From Salisapilia sapeloensis CBS 127946 (Eukaryota; Protista; Oomycota): a stretch of 43,276 bases of DNA. The stretch lies in assembly GCA_023334545.1 (NCBI GenBank), contig JAADVB010000163.1, forward strand, positions 1 through 43,276. The letters are read 5' to 3'. Positions 31,901 through 41,595 of this stretch are shown piece by piece. Every line of letters starts with the position of its first letter. Position 1 is the first letter of the stretch. Made by a program: the position numbers and the translations under genes. A model generated the notes under the pieces. That model saw only the letters and a program-made list of their open reading frames with translations. It had not been told where the DNA came from and searched no databases.

Positions 31901-34900
31901 CTCGCCACTACTTTTGTTTTCAAATGTACGCAAGTATGCTACAATCTCCTCCAGCTCCGTAAGCGTCTGCAGACGTACAATGTTCGGCTGATAGGCGCGC
32001 GCGTAACTTTCACTCACGAGCGAGCGGAGCGTCGGATCCATCACGCGTCGACACGACTCGATAGAAGTCATGGCCTGACCAAGCTCCATGCGTCGAATGG
32101 CCACGACGCTTTCCAACAAATGCCGCTCCATTTCGTCCATGTCAGAATTTAAATACTTTGGAATGTTCTCCCACTGCTGCAGCGAGAATGCGACCTTTGC
32201 TCCGTTACTGCACAACTCCTTCTTGAGCGCAGGCGGCACATCCAGCAATCGCTCTTCCTCACGCTCTTTGCCCTCTTCGCTATCAGGCTGTCTGCGCTCG
32301 CCATAGATCTTGGGCCACGTTTCCTGAAGATGGTCATTGAGTGGACGCAACTGCCCAACAGCGAACAGACAGCGCATCTTACCAAAGATGGCTTCAACAT
32401 TATGCGGCTGCTCCTGAAGAACGCGATCGTGGATTTCTAGCGCATCATGCCAGCGCAACAACTTTTCGTACCAATCTGCCTTCACTTCGATGCCTGGTAG
32501 CTGCTCCAAGGCGTACTTGAGGATACCACGAGCTGCTTCAGGCTGGTTCAGCTTGGAATTGATACTGATGAGCGCTTGAATGCCATCTGCCGTCGGGTTC
32601 GTGTTGAACTCCAGCTCCTTGTAATGCAACGCCTTGGCGAATGAGTGGCACTTCTCCGCCACGCTTCCAAGCAAGCGGATGTCGATCGGAAGACTCTGGT
32701 CATCGTGTTCCATAAATTCTGCTAGGTTGAGCAGAGTCTGCAGGATCTCGGCTGGCAGATGCGCAGAATGGAAAGCTGTTTCCAGTGCCCGGATCAAGTT
32801 GTCTTGCGTCGGAGGACTGAGCACGGGCCACACACTAACAAACGAAGCGTTGAAGAGCTCCCTTGCCAGCGGCTGGTACACACTCGCGAGCTCTTTGCAC
32901 GCTCGTAGCACAGGTGACGGAGACTCACGTAGTAGCTCGACGGAAAAGGCGCGCATCCATTCCGTCCAGTCCTCTTTCGTGCTACCCTGCGACGGCTCCC
33001 ATGCCTTCATCAGATTCTTCTGGTCGCACGGAAGGCTCTTGGCTTCTTCACCGTTGGACGCACTTCGCTTGCCTTTTCCACGACGCTCTGATCGACTTTT
33101 CGCAGGGTCCGTCACCCAGGATGCGACCGGTAGTGGCTGTGACTTTAAGATCTTGGACACCAGGAGCTCATACCGATCGAACACTTCCGTACTGCGCGAG
33201 GGTTGGCGACCGAGTACCTGGCTAATGACCGGCACAAAGATAGCATAGTCGTCGCCCATAGTGTAGACCATGCAGCAAAGGCAATCCACTGCCAAATAGA
33301 CTAGATCCGGCTGCTTGGCAATCACACGCGCAAGCATGTGGATGATCTTGGACGCGAAGACGCTGACGTTGAGCTTCTTCACGAGCGATCCGAGAGACCC
33401 CAAGCCTTGCTTGCGAGCATTCAAGTCCGCGTCGCTTTCGATGAGCTCCACGAGCGCAGGGATAATCAGGTGCAAGTACCCGTCCAGCAGACGACCCAGG
33501 GACACAGCGGTCTTGAGCACCAGCAGCGTTCGAGGTCGACCGCTATTGTCTCTCTCTGTCCGAATGACGCGCAGCAGTTGCGGCACGAGATCAGGGAGGT
33601 AGATGCGGAAGTCGTCTTCCAGCGACGTCGCGAGCTTTTTGACGAGGTTCAGAACTTCCTCTAGGTGTTCGTCCCAGTATGTGTACGCGATAAAGAGCAT
33701 AGCGACGTGGTCGAGGTGCGGCTGGATCTCTTCCTCCACGATCTCCACGAGGTCGCTCAGCTGCTCGAATAGAAACTTTCTCAAGCTCCGATTTACACGC
33801 TCCATCGTGTACAAAAAGGCAGGCACGACTTTATCCAAGTGCGCACTCATCTTTTTCCGCTGGCTCTTGCAAATGTACATGACGGCGACGAACGTGCCTT
33901 GGTAGTGCACAGAGTTGCGTGGCTCCAACAAGATGCGGATGAGCGCATTCACAGCGACAGTGGGAAAGTATTGGGTGGAGTCACCGATCATGGATGGCAG
34001 CAAGTCCTCTGGCGGCGGGTCTAGCGTGATCTGAGACATGTTCCCACTCGCCTGCTTGTCCTGCTTGGCTTCTTTTCTCGGTCTCGTCACTAGCAAAGGA
34101 AGCTCCGACGGCGTCAGCATCAGGTCTTGATCCGCGCCGAACAGCATGTTCGACCCACCCATAACACTATTCATTTCAGACATGGCGTCTACGTTCGTGC
34201 CACCCTTGTCGTTCGATGGTGCATCAGCTTTGTACGTATGTCGCGCAGAGGCAAGAAGAGAGCCTGCTCGGAACTCCTTGGCGTTGGCTTTCGTGAGCTT
34301 TCCCTGGCGCTGCAGCTGGAAGAGACGGAGGTTGTACGGGTCCAACGCACCAAGGGTGCCGAGTGTACGCCCCGCTTCGATACGCAGACTTTCGTTCGAG
34401 TCACCGGACTTTTGTAGTGCGTTTGAAAGCAAATCCAAAAGGTCTGGGTATTCATAGTACGGCAGAATGACGTAGCCAGTTGCCGCGACGAGTTGGCCCA
34501 AAGTCTTCACAGCCACCTCCAGTATCTGAGGGTTGCTCGAGTCTCGAATCTCATCAATGATCTCCGGAAGCAGTTGGTTTAGATAAGGCGTCAAATCCTC
34601 TGCTCCAACGACCGCTAGGTCGCCCAACGTCGCGAGGATGGCTCTACTGACGCTCACAGTGCTGCGGCTATGACTACGACGTTCCGAGTCCTCTCTCAGG
34701 TTCTTCATCAGTGCCTTGAGGATAGGCAAAACGTACGGCTTGGCAAGCTTAGCGGCAGACCGCAGCAGACACCCAATGAGTAGCGCTCCTTCCTCCTTGC
34801 CTAGTGTATCCCCACTGAACTCGAGCTCCGCTAATAGTTGCACTAGAGTTTGCCGCAAAGACGGTAACACAACGGCTGGGTTGTGATGAGTTAGTCTTCC

Positions 34901-36847
34901 TAGTGTGCTCATCGCCGTCTGGCGAATCTCAAACTTTTCATCATTCAGGGCGATGAAGAGGCAGCGCAGGTTGTCGTTCTGACCTAGTAATGGGTCGAAG
35001 CGAGCATCTAAAGAAGCCAGGACCGTGTAGCGAATGCCAGAGTCGGTATCCGCAATACCGACAGTCAGGAGACGCTCGAGCACAGCGCTCACAGGGCCCG
35101 AAAAGTCCTCCGAGGTGGAAGACATGGATGAAGCAGAGCCATTTCGACGCAGTTTGTCGTCTTCTGGTGGAAGCAGCAGCTTGCAGCACGTGATGGCAGC
35201 GCTGCGGCGAATCTGCGCCACTTCATGATCGAGGAACTTGGCCACCGTCTCATGCACAAACTGCAGGATGGGCAAGCTCCGGTTACCCCGAAAGTCAAAC
35301 GTTGCCAGCGTCTCCAGTGCAAGCGCTTGCAGCGCAATGCCATGCTGCATCTCAGCAGACATGGATGTGTTTGAATCGGACGAACTGAGCGATTTTCCTG
35401 GTGCGATGGCCGTCGAGAACATGGAGAAGAAGCCACTGCCGGGCGTCGACAAGTTCTTGCCTTTAAGCCGGCTCGTCGGTGTTGCCGGGCCGCCATTTTC
35501 GTTCTTGTTTCCATTCAAAATGTCCCGCAAACGGTCAAACAGCCGCTGCTGGATTACAGGACGCAGCATCGGGATGTTCTTGACGATGGCGCGTAAGGTC
35601 TCGATGAGCGGTTCGTCCAACTCGTTACTAAAGAGAGGGGAGACTAGAGCCTCAAGGTCCACGCGAATGAGTGCCGCACCGACAGACTCGGCGAGAAGCC
35701 TGAGACAAGCAAGTGCCTCTTTGTGAATGTCACTGTCTTTCTTGCGCACTTGCAGTCCGTTGCGAATGCCAGTCATGATCGACCTCAGACCTTTTTCGTC
35801 ACGTGCCATGGGCTCTCCAATGGCCTGTGCCAACTTACCACACGACAGCAGCGCATCCGCACGAGTGGAGGTGCTGTTTGACGTTGTTGATGTAGAGTGA
35901 AGCATGTCGAGCAAATGCTGCATGCAGTCGCGGTAGTGCTTCTCCAGGAACACGGACAAGTTGAAATTCGCCAGTCGAGGATACAAGTTGACCACGGCGG
36001 AGCGCACAGTCGGACTTTTGTGGTTGCGGTTGCCAAAGATCAGGTTGCAAGCACGACGGTAGTGGGCGTGCATGAAGTCTCCGGTATTGCGCAGTAGCTC
36101 ATTTAGAATAAGCATGGATCCATGTGCCATGTCTGAGTTGTTACGCTGCAAAGCACGCTCTGCTTCGTCCAACGCACGAGCGTACCAAGTATTCTTACGA
36201 TTACTTTCGCGCTGCTGAATGAGCATCAAGCACGTTTGGAAAGACTCCTCCGCGCTTACACGCACAGCTAGTTTCGCATCCCAAAAGGCGCTCCAGACAT
36301 GATCAAAGTATCGGTCCATGTATCGAAACATGGTGGACGGCGCGTTGATACTGAGCTCCTTGAGAATGAGCACAGCGGCGTGCCTTCGCATGTGGAACGT
36401 CTCATTCTGCAACCACTCGAGAGCTGGTTTTACATGGTAGTCTTCGACAAACTCTATGAGACTCGTTCCGCCGGTGGAAACGATGTGGCCAAGTGCCTTG
36501 GCAGCTAGTCGTAATGTAGACGTGTCGACCGTTGGCACCTTTTCGAAGGCTTTGGTCAGAGAATGGGCAAACTCAATAATTGTCTGGTCATTTCGTTCCG
36601 CAATGAAGAGATCCACGAGTTCGTCCATGGCTGCAATACCGCCTAGACGGTCATTCGAGTCGTTCGAGTTGCACATGTCCATGAGTCGGGAGCTCACATC
36701 TCCGACCCAGCGCATGTACCGCCCATGCGTCAAGTCCCGTGACTCGGACTCGATATACTGTCGGAGGCTGCGAGCCCAACGACTTCGGGTGGTCGAATTA
36801 GCCGTCCGCAGGTTCTGCAGGTAGCGAGAGAGTGTGTCCGACGGCAT
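28946..36847 (-). CDS. TOR: Target of rapamycin kinase (HEAT-FAT-FRB-kinase-FATC), 2633 aa; intronless
   Basis: FRB RVAILWNELW...EEASKHYF...LNQAWDLYY, SKQRPRK, FLLKGHEDLRQDERVMQLF, LGLGDRHPSN, HIDFGDCF, EKVPFRLTRML, FATC ENLCQLYYGWCPFW*. Confidence 0.98.
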   Translation of the reverse strand: MPSDTLSRYLQNLRTANSTTRSRWARSLRQYIESESRDLTHGRYMRWVGDVSSRLMDMCNSNDSNDRLGGIAAMDELVDLFIAERNDQTIIEFAHSLTKAFEKVPTVDTSTLRLAAKALGHIVSTGGTSLIEFVEDYHVKPALEWLQNETFHMRRHAAVLILKELSINAPSTMFRYMDRYFDHVWSAFWDAKLAVRVSAEESFQTCLMLIQQRESNRKNTWYARALDEAERALQRNNSDMAHGSMLILNELLRNTGDFMHAHYRRACNLIFGNRNHKSPTVRSAVVNLYPRLANFNLSVFLEKHYRDCMQHLLDMLHSTSTTSNSTSTRADALLSCGKLAQAIGEPMARDEKGLRSIMTGIRNGLQVRKKDSDIHKEALACLRLLAESVGAALIRVDLEALVSPLFSNELDEPLIETLRAIVKNIPMLRPVIQQRLFDRLRDILNGNKNENGGPATPTSRLKGKNLSTPGSGFFSMFSTAIAPGKSLSSSDSNTSMSAEMQHGIALQALALETLATFDFRGNRSLPILQFVHETVAKFLDHEVAQIRRSAAITCCKLLLPPEDDKLRRNGSASSMSSTSEDFSGPVSAVLERLLTVGIADTDSGIRYTVLASLDARFDPLLGQNDNLRCLFIALNDEKFEIRQTAMSTLGRLTHHNPAVVLPSLRQTLVQLLAELEFSGDTLGKEEGALLIGCLLRSAAKLAKPYVLPILKALMKNLREDSERRSHSRSTVSVSRAILATLGDLAVVGAEDLTPYLNQLLPEIIDEIRDSSNPQILEVAVKTLGQLVAATGYVILPYYEYPDLLDLLSNALQKSGDSNESLRIEAGRTLGTLGALDPYNLRLFQLQRQGKLTKANAKEFRAGSLLASARHTYKADAPSNDKGGTNVDAMSEMNSVMGGSNMLFGADQDLMLTPSELPLLVTRPRKEAKQDKQASGNMSQITLDPPPEDLLPSMIGDSTQYFPTVAVNALIRILLEPRNSVHYQGTFVAVMYICKSQRKKMSAHLDKVVPAFLYTMERVNRSLRKFLFEQLSDLVEIVEEEIQPHLDHVAMLFIAYTYWDEHLEEVLNLVKKLATSLEDDFRIYLPDLVPQLLRVIRTERDNSGRPRTLLVLKTAVSLGRLLDGYLHLIIPALVELIESDADLNARKQGLGSLGSLVKKLNVSVFASKIIHMLARVIAKQPDLVYLAVDCLCCMVYTMGDDYAIFVPVISQVLGRQPSRSTEVFDRYELLVSKILKSQPLPVASWVTDPAKSRSERRGKGKRSASNGEEAKSLPCDQKNLMKAWEPSQGSTKEDWTEWMRAFSVELLRESPSPVLRACKELASVYQPLARELFNASFVSVWPVLSPPTQDNLIRALETAFHSAHLPAEILQTLLNLAEFMEHDDQSLPIDIRLLGSVAEKCHSFAKALHYKELEFNTNPTADGIQALISINSKLNQPEAARGILKYALEQLPGIEVKADWYEKLLRWHDALEIHDRVLQEQPHNVEAIFGKMRCLFAVGQLRPLNDHLQETWPKIYGERRQPDSEEGKEREEERLLDVPPALKKELCSNGAKVAFSLQQWENIPKYLNSDMDEMERHLLESVVAIRRMELGQAMTSIESCRRVMDPTLRSLVSESYARAYQPNIVRLQTLTELEEIVAYLRTFENKSSGEVTLQPTASRRKQSISSLNFVSEASSHSYAIEKSAALHKLQSTWTKRLLGVDRNLQVWQDLMLVRSLVFDPREDVDVWLKYARLCRKSGQLNLSINALRRVGVDPFVRSIQEDPYSALQLNVNPTAGANLTLADGSSPDPRVAFSYFQHLWAEGREDVALQQIRHFIDALEKHGDDMSEDLIKLRVQVYIQLGEWQMSTVDEQNDGLFDQALSCLEQATRLDPTNHRAWHEWALLNFRALDASTKDASDAGAGRKFAAPAIHGFFRSISFGDTRYDVTKDVLRLLTLWFANGHRSDVHAAMSNGFHDVTIDTWLDVIPQLIARIDSPNPTMNELLNELLSRIGLAHPQALIYPITVASKAVNPGRKTAAEGILAAVRKHSSRLVHEADMVSRELIRVAILWNELWYGALEEASKHYFNNRDAVSMIAELAPLHEKMNNIGVDEAPTLREVAFCQAFARDLSTAKAWTDVFEKSGNTDDLNQAWDLYYSIFSKIRKQLANLSTLELANVGPKLLSVQNLSLAVPGTYKAGAPIVRISSFESKVSVLSSKQRPRKVTINGSDGNSYPFLLKGHEDLRQDERVMQLFGVINTLLANDNVTSKRNLAIERYSVLPLSHSSGLIGWVPNCDTLHQLIRDYREARKIQLNVEHRLMVQMAPDYDKLPLMQKVEAFKCALGQTTGQDLYRVLWLKSQDSEVWLDRRRNFTRSLAVMSMAGYILGLGDRHPSNLMLDRVSGKMVHIDFGDCFEVAMERDKYPEKVPFRLTRMLTHAMEVSGIEGNFRSTCEDSMRVLRDNRDSLLAVLEAFVYDPLINWRLLKKDAVPSHARPQDEDTTTSAADEEGTERAGTSGTQTETEISEDATESNEGESREDGDENQSNASNSRRRHSSSEAMFNFNMSALNGSSLARNSIPETKKAEAQSLQDLATQPQLNEKALSVVDRVQKKLVGRDFGNGSKVLSVDAQVERLIQQATSHENLCQLYYGWCPFW

Positions 36848-36854
36848 CTTCTCA

Positions 36855-36870
36855 CCAGTTTACAATTTTG
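36855..36870 (+). promoter_or_regulatory. INR+FPR-like element pointing away from TOR into the 534-bp spacer
   Basis: CCAGTTT-AC-AATTTTG, an approximate match to YCAKTYY followed by MWTTTNC, starting 8 bp from the TOR ATG. Confidence 0.3.
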
Positions 36871-36948
36871 TCTGTTTTCCGTCGCAAATACACTCGAAAT
36901 CTAGCAATACAATTCCTCTGGTCTGAGGGGAAACACGTGGGAGGTCGA

Positions 36949-37401
36949 ATGCAATGCCGTTCTCCTTCCACACGCACACGAAGGACGGTTGAATAAGGTG
37001 CCTGCGGTCGGATGCAATTCACGCTTTGATCGAGACAGAGATCATGTACCGATTCTTGCTCACGGTACCACATCTGTGCCAATGGGTACGAACATCGTCC
37101 AGCTACAAGAGTTCCCATCGGCCACAAGACATCGAAGACTCAGCGCATGCACCCTTGGTTTATATCCCCGATGGTTTCCTCCAGGAATTTACAAGCTCAT
37201 GCAATACACTTTGACAGGTCCTACTACTTTCGAGTTACACGTCAAGACACTTTTCCTTATCAAGAAGCGATGCAAACAGAGGACGAACTTATGTACCTCG
37301 TACCGACACTTTGTGCGCCAACAAAAAGCATGGGATACCTCAATGAAAACGTGCGTATGTATTATGAAAGGAGCTTGCGCTTTATCTCTTCTGGTGGTTG
37401 A
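36949..37401 (+). CDS. Putative unannotated small spliced gene (about 115 aa in one model); unknown function
   Basis: ATG 36949, candidate introns 36988-37034 and 37086-37143 (GTACGA...CTCAG), last exon open to TGA 37399-37401. Other frame combinations are possible, and this model overlaps the ABCG stop by 20 nt. Confidence 0.22.
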
Positions 37402-40400
37402 TGAAGCGTAGGGCAAGCAGCGCTAGAAGTCGACTGCCGACAATCCAAGCGATGATGATGCCAAAGTTGAGTCCGATGTCGTCGTACTTCATCTTGAATT
37501 GACCCTCCGTGTACTCCTTGACTGTCTTGTACGGGACTGTGTTTGGCAATTCTTTTATTGTCTCGCACCCGAGGTCGCCATCATTTTCACATCGCGCGAA
37601 CGCAAGCGCCTCCACGATTGCAAGCGGGAATCGGTACGGCGTGATCTTGTACAGCCAGACATAACCTTGTGGAATTAAGTCGGCCGGTGGGTTGAAGCCC
37701 ATCATCGCTAACATGATCGTATTGATGAGTACTCCCATGATGGCAGCCACTTCGACACTCGGGAGAGCGTAGACGAATAACTGGCCAAAGTACGCCATGA
37801 ACAAAACGTTCAAGGTAGAAGCCAGCCAGTAGAGTACGCCATTCCGGAAACCTTGAAAACCGAGCATCGGGTAGAAGATGGCGGTGAAAATTAAATTCGT
37901 TCCGAACACGTACGGGATCTCCGCCACCGTTGCTCCGACAAAGTACCACAAGGCGTTATACGTTTGTGACGCTCTCTCTCGATAGAAAGCAGCGCGTTCT
38001 TGCCCAGTAATAGGCAAAACACTATTAAATGAGATTATGCCGGAGAACAAGGTCGATACGAAGACGATACCGATCCCACCGTTGATACCTTGGTACGTAT
38101 CGTAATCCACGGACACGTAGATGATGCCATAGATGAGTGCCATGACCACCATCACGGCAATGCGAGTCAGGTTGTACGACGGACTACGCCAGTAGAGATC
38201 CAAGAAGCGTCCGACGACAAACTTGCATTGCACAATAGACGAGGCAGCTCGCTTTTTGCCGAAAGAGAGCGCCCCGACCGTAGTCGACGGCACACCGACG
38301 CCATCTTGCTGCATCACCTGGTCTAGTTGACGCTTCTTTTCACTCTTCTGGAAGATTTCGACAAAGTCGGTGTTATTGTTGTCAGAGCGACCGACGCCAG
38401 CGCCAATAACCTCCAACATCCAAGTAGCTGGGTTGTATCCTTTTCGCACGGGTTCTACCCCCGGCAACTCTTCAAAGTAGTCAATCAGAGTGCGGCAATT
38501 TTCACCGATCTCACCAAAGTAGACAGTCTCTCCACCACGCTTTAAGAGCAAGAGACTATCAAAGACGCTGAAGACCTTGTAAGAAGGTTGGTGGATGGTG
38601 CAGATGATGGTTCGACCAGAGTCGGCTACATTCCGGACACCATCCATGATGAGCTTGGCGGAACGAGCATCCAAACCACTGGTCGGCTCATCAAGAAAGA
38701 GAACACTTGGCTGGGCGGCCAATTCCACGCCGATTGTAAGGCGCTTCATCTGTTCGACGGAGCTACCTCGGATGATCTGATCGGCGATTGCATTCATATC
38801 TAACAGGTCGAGGCACTCATTGACTGAGTCATACTTTTTGCTGTCGGGCACATCGCTTCCTTGACGCAGAAATGCACTGAAGGTTAAGGCCTCGCGGAAC
38901 GTCGAAGCTGACGAGTGGATGTCCATCTGCTCGCAGTAGCCTGTACAGCGGCGGATAGCTAGATCTGTCGCAGGGTGTCCGTTTAACAGAATTTCTCCCT
39001 GGATCTTGCCACCAGTCTTTCGACCAGCGATGACATCCATCAGTGTTGTCTTACCGGCACCAGAGGAGCCCATGAGAGCAGTGATTTTACCCGGAAACGC
39101 ATACCCCGTGATACCCTTGAGCAGATCAATAGACTCCTTCGGCTTGTCCGGCACAGGAACGGTGTACACCAAGTCTCGGAAGGCGACAGTAACTGGAATG
39201 AACTGACGCTCGTAATGGCCAGTCTGCACTCTCACCACCGCGACATCCTCATCCTGTGTATCAGCTTTAGGCGTCGTGACCTCCTTGTACGTGTCTTCTT
39301 CCACCTCTTCGGCTGAGTTTAAACTGATGTGCTCTGGGCCGTCGTATCGCTTGTGCTCGAGAACATATGCACCCAAGAGCATGAAGATGCAGTAGACAGC
39401 AATCATGAAGATGAAGCTATAGACGATCCAATTACGACCAGTGGGCACACCGAACGAGCTAAGGTAGTACTTGCCCATTTTCTGTCCAAATTGTTTGCAG
39501 TAATTGACGGCACCCGGAGTATCGTCGTAGACGCATACGTTGAATTTGTCGGATTGGTACTGATTGACCGCCAACGACCTCAAACACCATGCAATGGGGT
39601 CGATCCAGTATATCCATACGACATAGTCTGGCATCTCGCCTTTCGGTAGCAAAAACCCAGCAAACAGGATAAAAAAGAGCATGGAAACCATTCCTGCAGG
39701 TTTCGCGACGCTCAGATCCGGAGTTATAGCGGAGATGAAGAAGAAGTATGCCGCGAAAGACAAGTTGGTCAGTATCAACGTGAGCAAGTAGATAATGAAT
39801 GCCCCCGCGTCCGAGACTAGGCCGCACATCCAATATACGATGGAGCCAAAGATGATGCTTTCGCCCAGAGCCAATGGTAGTTGATTCACACTGCACGAAA
39901 AGGTGTAGGCCAGAGAAGAGAAAAAGTTGGACGATCGTTGCTTGTAGAATGTTGCCCGGGCATCCATGTACATCGGCAACTGAGCCGCTTGACCAAGTCC
40001 GAGAAATAGCACGGCTTGGAACAAAATACCCATCGTCACCTGAGCATTTGTAGGATCCACATTATAGAAAACGGAACCGTACAGGAGAGCGATTATGATG
40101 GCCATAAAGCCTCGTCCTTTTAGAAAGGCCGTGTTACGCACTGTCACCTTGGTTTGACGCTTCATGAGTACACCAAGCTGACGAAGGAAAGGCAAGCGGA
40201 ATGTAGGCATTGGGTCCATGTGAGCTGCAGTGTTGTGCACAATGTCTGGATCGTACGGGCTTTCCAGAGCTTGCAGAACCTCCTGGTAGATCTGTGAGCT
40301 CTTGTACTCGGCAGCATACTCCGAAGGCAATCGAGGCTGACTTTTAAAGGCAGACCGATCGGTGACGTACCGATACTGCTCTTTCGTGCTAAGGTCCATG

Positions 40401-41503
40401 AGGTAGTCAGCAAGGTCGCGATCTTCTGGACGCTTGAAGCCGAGCGCCTCAAAGTATCTTTCGACACTTTCGCGAGGACCATTGTAAATGGTCTCACCGT
40501 CATTCAGAATCAAAATGTTATCGAAGAGTTCAAAGACCTCTGGAGGAGGCTGCAACAATGCAATGACCACCGTCTTGCGGAACTTCCGAGCGATGCTTCG
40601 CTGGGTCTGGATGATGTCATGAGCAGCGGCGGAATCCAAGCCAGTGCTGACTTCGTCCATGAAGGTCGCATACTTCATACCAAATTCCATCTCTCCCGTC
40701 GTCACTCGCTTCTTTTCTCCACCAGAGATACCGCGCACCATTTCGTTTCCCACGATCGTGTCCTTGCAGTTGTCCAATCCGAGCTGCTGGATGACAATGT
40801 CCGGGTAGTTATCAAACATGGCACGGGCAGCTTCCAAAGCCTCCAGGTTCTCTTGGTCTGACGCATTCTTGAGCATGTCCATAGAATGCTTGGTCAAGCC
40901 ACCGCCACAAACTGCGTGCGCAAATTCGAGAGTCTCCTTCACAGTGAGCATTGGATAATGGACTTCGCGTTGCGGGACGTAAGCGACAAACTGAGGCAGA
41001 CGCTCGATAAGATCTTGACGGTTCGTTCCGTTGTAATGAATGTCACCCTCAATGTGTACGTTCTTTCTCATCGGAAACGTGCCACTGAGATACTTCATGA
41101 GGCTGGATTTACCAGAGCCAGGTTGGCCCAAGACCAGCGTAGTCGTGCCGGGCTTGAACACAGCATTGACATTCTTCAAAATGTCCTTGCGCATGGTATG
41201 GCTCTTGCTGTTGAGTTTTGCCACAGCACGCTTGGCGGTGTTGTACACAGTTGGAAGCTCGCTCGCAGGACTCTCATCCTTGGAGACGGTAACGTCGGCC
41301 GAAATGGACAAGTTGCTCACACGAATTTCCATTTGAGGGAGCGTGTTGCCGAGAGAGCGTTCTAACTTGGTGGAAACGTAGTCGTGCAGAGCGTCGGAGC
41401 CTTTGGCCATGAGCGACTTGCCCGACTCATGGCTGATTGGTACTTGCGCTTCTTCAAGTTGAACAGCTTCATCTCGTTGCCCGTTTTCGACATTCGGTGG
41501 CAT
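37382..41503 (-). CDS. Full-size ABCG / pleiotropic drug resistance (PDR) transporter, NBD-TMD-NBD-TMD; intronless
   Basis: LPQMEIRVSNLSISAD. NBD1: GQPGSGKSS, ISGGEKKRV, FMDEVSTGLD. NBD2: GSSGAGKTT, SSVEQMKRL, FLDEPTSGLD. FYRERA; ends LALRFINHQKR*. ATG 41503 is preferred over in-frame 41626 because an INR-like motif lies between them. Confidence 0.96.
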   Translation of the reverse strand: MPPNVENGQRDEAVQLEEAQVPISHESGKSLMAKGSDALHDYVSTKLERSLGNTLPQMEIRVSNLSISADVTVSKDESPASELPTVYNTAKRAVAKLNSKSHTMRKDILKNVNAVFKPGTTTLVLGQPGSGKSSLMKYLSGTFPMRKNVHIEGDIHYNGTNRQDLIERLPQFVAYVPQREVHYPMLTVKETLEFAHAVCGGGLTKHSMDMLKNASDQENLEALEAARAMFDNYPDIVIQQLGLDNCKDTIVGNEMVRGISGGEKKRVTTGEMEFGMKYATFMDEVSTGLDSAAAHDIIQTQRSIARKFRKTVVIALLQPPPEVFELFDNILILNDGETIYNGPRESVERYFEALGFKRPEDRDLADYLMDLSTKEQYRYVTDRSAFKSQPRLPSEYAAEYKSSQIYQEVLQALESPYDPDIVHNTAAHMDPMPTFRLPFLRQLGVLMKRQTKVTVRNTAFLKGRGFMAIIIALLYGSVFYNVDPTNAQVTMGILFQAVLFLGLGQAAQLPMYMDARATFYKQRSSNFFSSLAYTFSCSVNQLPLALGESIIFGSIVYWMCGLVSDAGAFIIYLLTLILTNLSFAAYFFFISAITPDLSVAKPAGMVSMLFFILFAGFLLPKGEMPDYVVWIYWIDPIAWCLRSLAVNQYQSDKFNVCVYDDTPGAVNYCKQFGQKMGKYYLSSFGVPTGRNWIVYSFIFMIAVYCIFMLLGAYVLEHKRYDGPEHISLNSAEEVEEDTYKEVTTPKADTQDEDVAVVRVQTGHYERQFIPVTVAFRDLVYTVPVPDKPKESIDLLKGITGYAFPGKITALMGSSGAGKTTLMDVIAGRKTGGKIQGEILLNGHPATDLAIRRCTGYCEQMDIHSSASTFREALTFSAFLRQGSDVPDSKKYDSVNECLDLLDMNAIADQIIRGSSVEQMKRLTIGVELAAQPSVLFLDEPTSGLDARSAKLIMDGVRNVADSGRTIICTIHQPSYKVFSVFDSLLLLKRGGETVYFGEIGENCRTLIDYFEELPGVEPVRKGYNPATWMLEVIGAGVGRSDNNNTDFVEIFQKSEKKRQLDQVMQQDGVGVPSTTVGALSFGKKRAASSIVQCKFVVGRFLDLYWRSPSYNLTRIAVMVVMALIYGIIYVSVDYDTYQGINGGIGIVFVSTLFSGIISFNSVLPITGQERAAFYRERASQTYNALWYFVGATVAEIPYVFGTNLIFTAIFYPMLGFQGFRNGVLYWLASTLNVLFMAYFGQLFVYALPSVEVAAIMGVLINTIMLAMMGFNPPADLIPQGYVWLYKITPYRFPLAIVEALAFARCENDGDLGCETIKELPNTVPYKTVKEYTEGQFKMKYDDIGLNFGIIIAWIVGSRLLALLALRFINHQKR

Positions 41504-41585
41504 GTTTCGAGTAGTTGCTGCTGCACTGGAGTCAAAAGAGGTGCTTTGCGTCGAAGGAAGTGCTTTGGCTGCTAAGATCGTTTTT

Positions 41586-41595
41586 AAAAGTGAGC
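41586..41595 (-). promoter_or_regulatory. INR-like element upstream of the PDR gene
   Basis: Minus strand GCTCACTTTT, about 85-90 bp upstream of ATG 41503. It shares GCTCACTTT with the element at 17564. Confidence 0.5.

Noticed and set aside
28991-36824. Many 60-240-aa plus-strand and alternate-frame ORFs within TOR (similarly within bZIP, NOC3 and PDR)
   Set aside because: Shadow ORFs inside long, clearly conserved coding sequences, with no domain signatures.
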